DNA from: an uncultured Dehalococcoidales bacterium
GTDB lineage: Bacteria; Chloroflexota; Dehalococcoidia; Dehalococcoidales; UBA2162
Direction of reading: 5' to 3'
Assembly (NCBI GenBank): GCA_964569715.1
Contig: CAZMUD010000001.1
Span: forward strand, 1-54,839
DNA: 54,839 bases
Every line of letters begins with the position of its first letter. Within the stretch, counting starts at the first letter, position 1. The translations under genes and the position numbers were made by a program. The notes under the pieces were generated by a model. It was not told the origin of the DNA, did not search any database, and saw only the letters and a list, made by a program, of their open reading frames with translations. Shown here in pieces: positions 54,620 through 54,839 of this stretch.

Positions 54620-54839
54620 CACTCTCTCCCGGTTCTATAGATACCTCTGCCTCGGCTACCAGCTCGGCAGGTGCCTCCTCAACCTCCTCTACCTTGGCTT
54701 CCGGAGTAGGTGCTGCTCTAGCTCTCCTCTTTGCCGCTGGCTTAGCCGGCTTCTCCTCCACTTCCACACTTGCCTCGGCTACCGGCTCGGCAGGTGCCTC
54801 CTCAACCTCCTCTACCTTGGCTTCCGGAGTAGGTGCTGC
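54606..54839 (-). CDS. rpsC: C-terminal tail of the upstream gene, by position 30S ribosomal protein S3; 5' part outside window
   Basis: The frame is open from the window edge to TAA 54606-54608, overlapping the rplP start. Only an Ala/Pro/Glu-rich tail is visible ([18 protein letters not shown]...), so the S3 call is inferred solely from the S3-L16-L29-S17 gene order. Confidence 0.6.
   Translation of the reverse strand, partial: AAPTPEAKVEEVEEAPAEPVAEASVEVEEKPAKPAAKRRARAAPTPEAKVEEVEEAPAELVAEAEVSIEPGESDVTT
54648..54839. repeat. 69-bp direct repeat, two copies (54648-54716 and 54771-54839), period 123 bp, inside the S3 tail
   Basis: tgcctcggctacc[a/g]gctcggcaggtgcctcctcaacctcctctaccttggcttccggagtaggtgctgc, with a single mismatch (54661 a versus 54784 g). 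Copy 2 runs to the window edge. Confidence 0.9.

Noticed and set aside
1-54839. Genomic island, prophage or known defence system
   Set aside because: I saw no integrase, transposase, phage structural gene, restriction enzyme, toxin-antitoxin pair or tRNA target anywhere in the window. The accessory-looking parts are better described as local duplication and decay.

Overview
This is a 54.8-kb chromosomal segment from a bacterium. RNase Y, a YmdB-type phosphoesterase, a split B12 mutase and RRM proteins are compatible with a Chloroflexota-like lineage, but I cannot verify that without a database. All family assignments come from motifs I recognise by eye; no searches were run.

Layout:
- 0-1.4 kb: a partial zinc-ribbon gene, rpsU and two tandem RRM RNA-binding genes.
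- 1.7-5 kb: a membrane alpha/beta-hydrolase and a ParA-plus-small-partner cassette.
- 5.1-9.1 kb: four genes resembling mycothiol biosynthesis (MshA-like GT4, MshD-like di-GNAT, PIG-L deacetylase, CelD/FemAB-like GNAT).
- 9.1-12.3 kb: a lipoprotein type-B carboxylesterase and small membrane proteins.
- 12.4-19.5 kb: ogt, a MEDS-RadC fusion, a multi-PAS histidine kinase, two response regulators, a 107-bp tandem repeat, and a second radC directly downstream of dnaE.
- 19.5-23 kb: dnaE.
- 23.4-29.1 kb: envelope and Cys-rich small proteins, a decayed patch, and an amidohydrolase.
- 29.3-36.1 kb: nadE, recA, recX, rny, ymdB-like, PHP, plsY.
- 36.1-39.4 kb: a split B12 acyl-CoA mutase with meaB.
- 40-41.4 kb: nth-like, trmO.
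- 41.5-54.8 kb (minus strand): rpsI-rplM-truA, the alpha operon, infA, rpmJ, map, adk, secY, the spc operon and the end of the S10 operon.

Structure not explained by the genes:
- Six copies of a composite, hairpin-rich intergenic repeat family.
- At least seven gene remnants, several of them abutting those repeats.
- Duplication scars derived from the 3' end of ogt that flank the two-component cassette.
- Phased short-motif arrays.

I found no rRNA or tRNA genes, CRISPR arrays, transposases, integrases or phage genes. The ORF track (M-initiated ORFs, shortest 60 aa) missed rpmJ, a 58-aa membrane protein and both window-edge partial genes.
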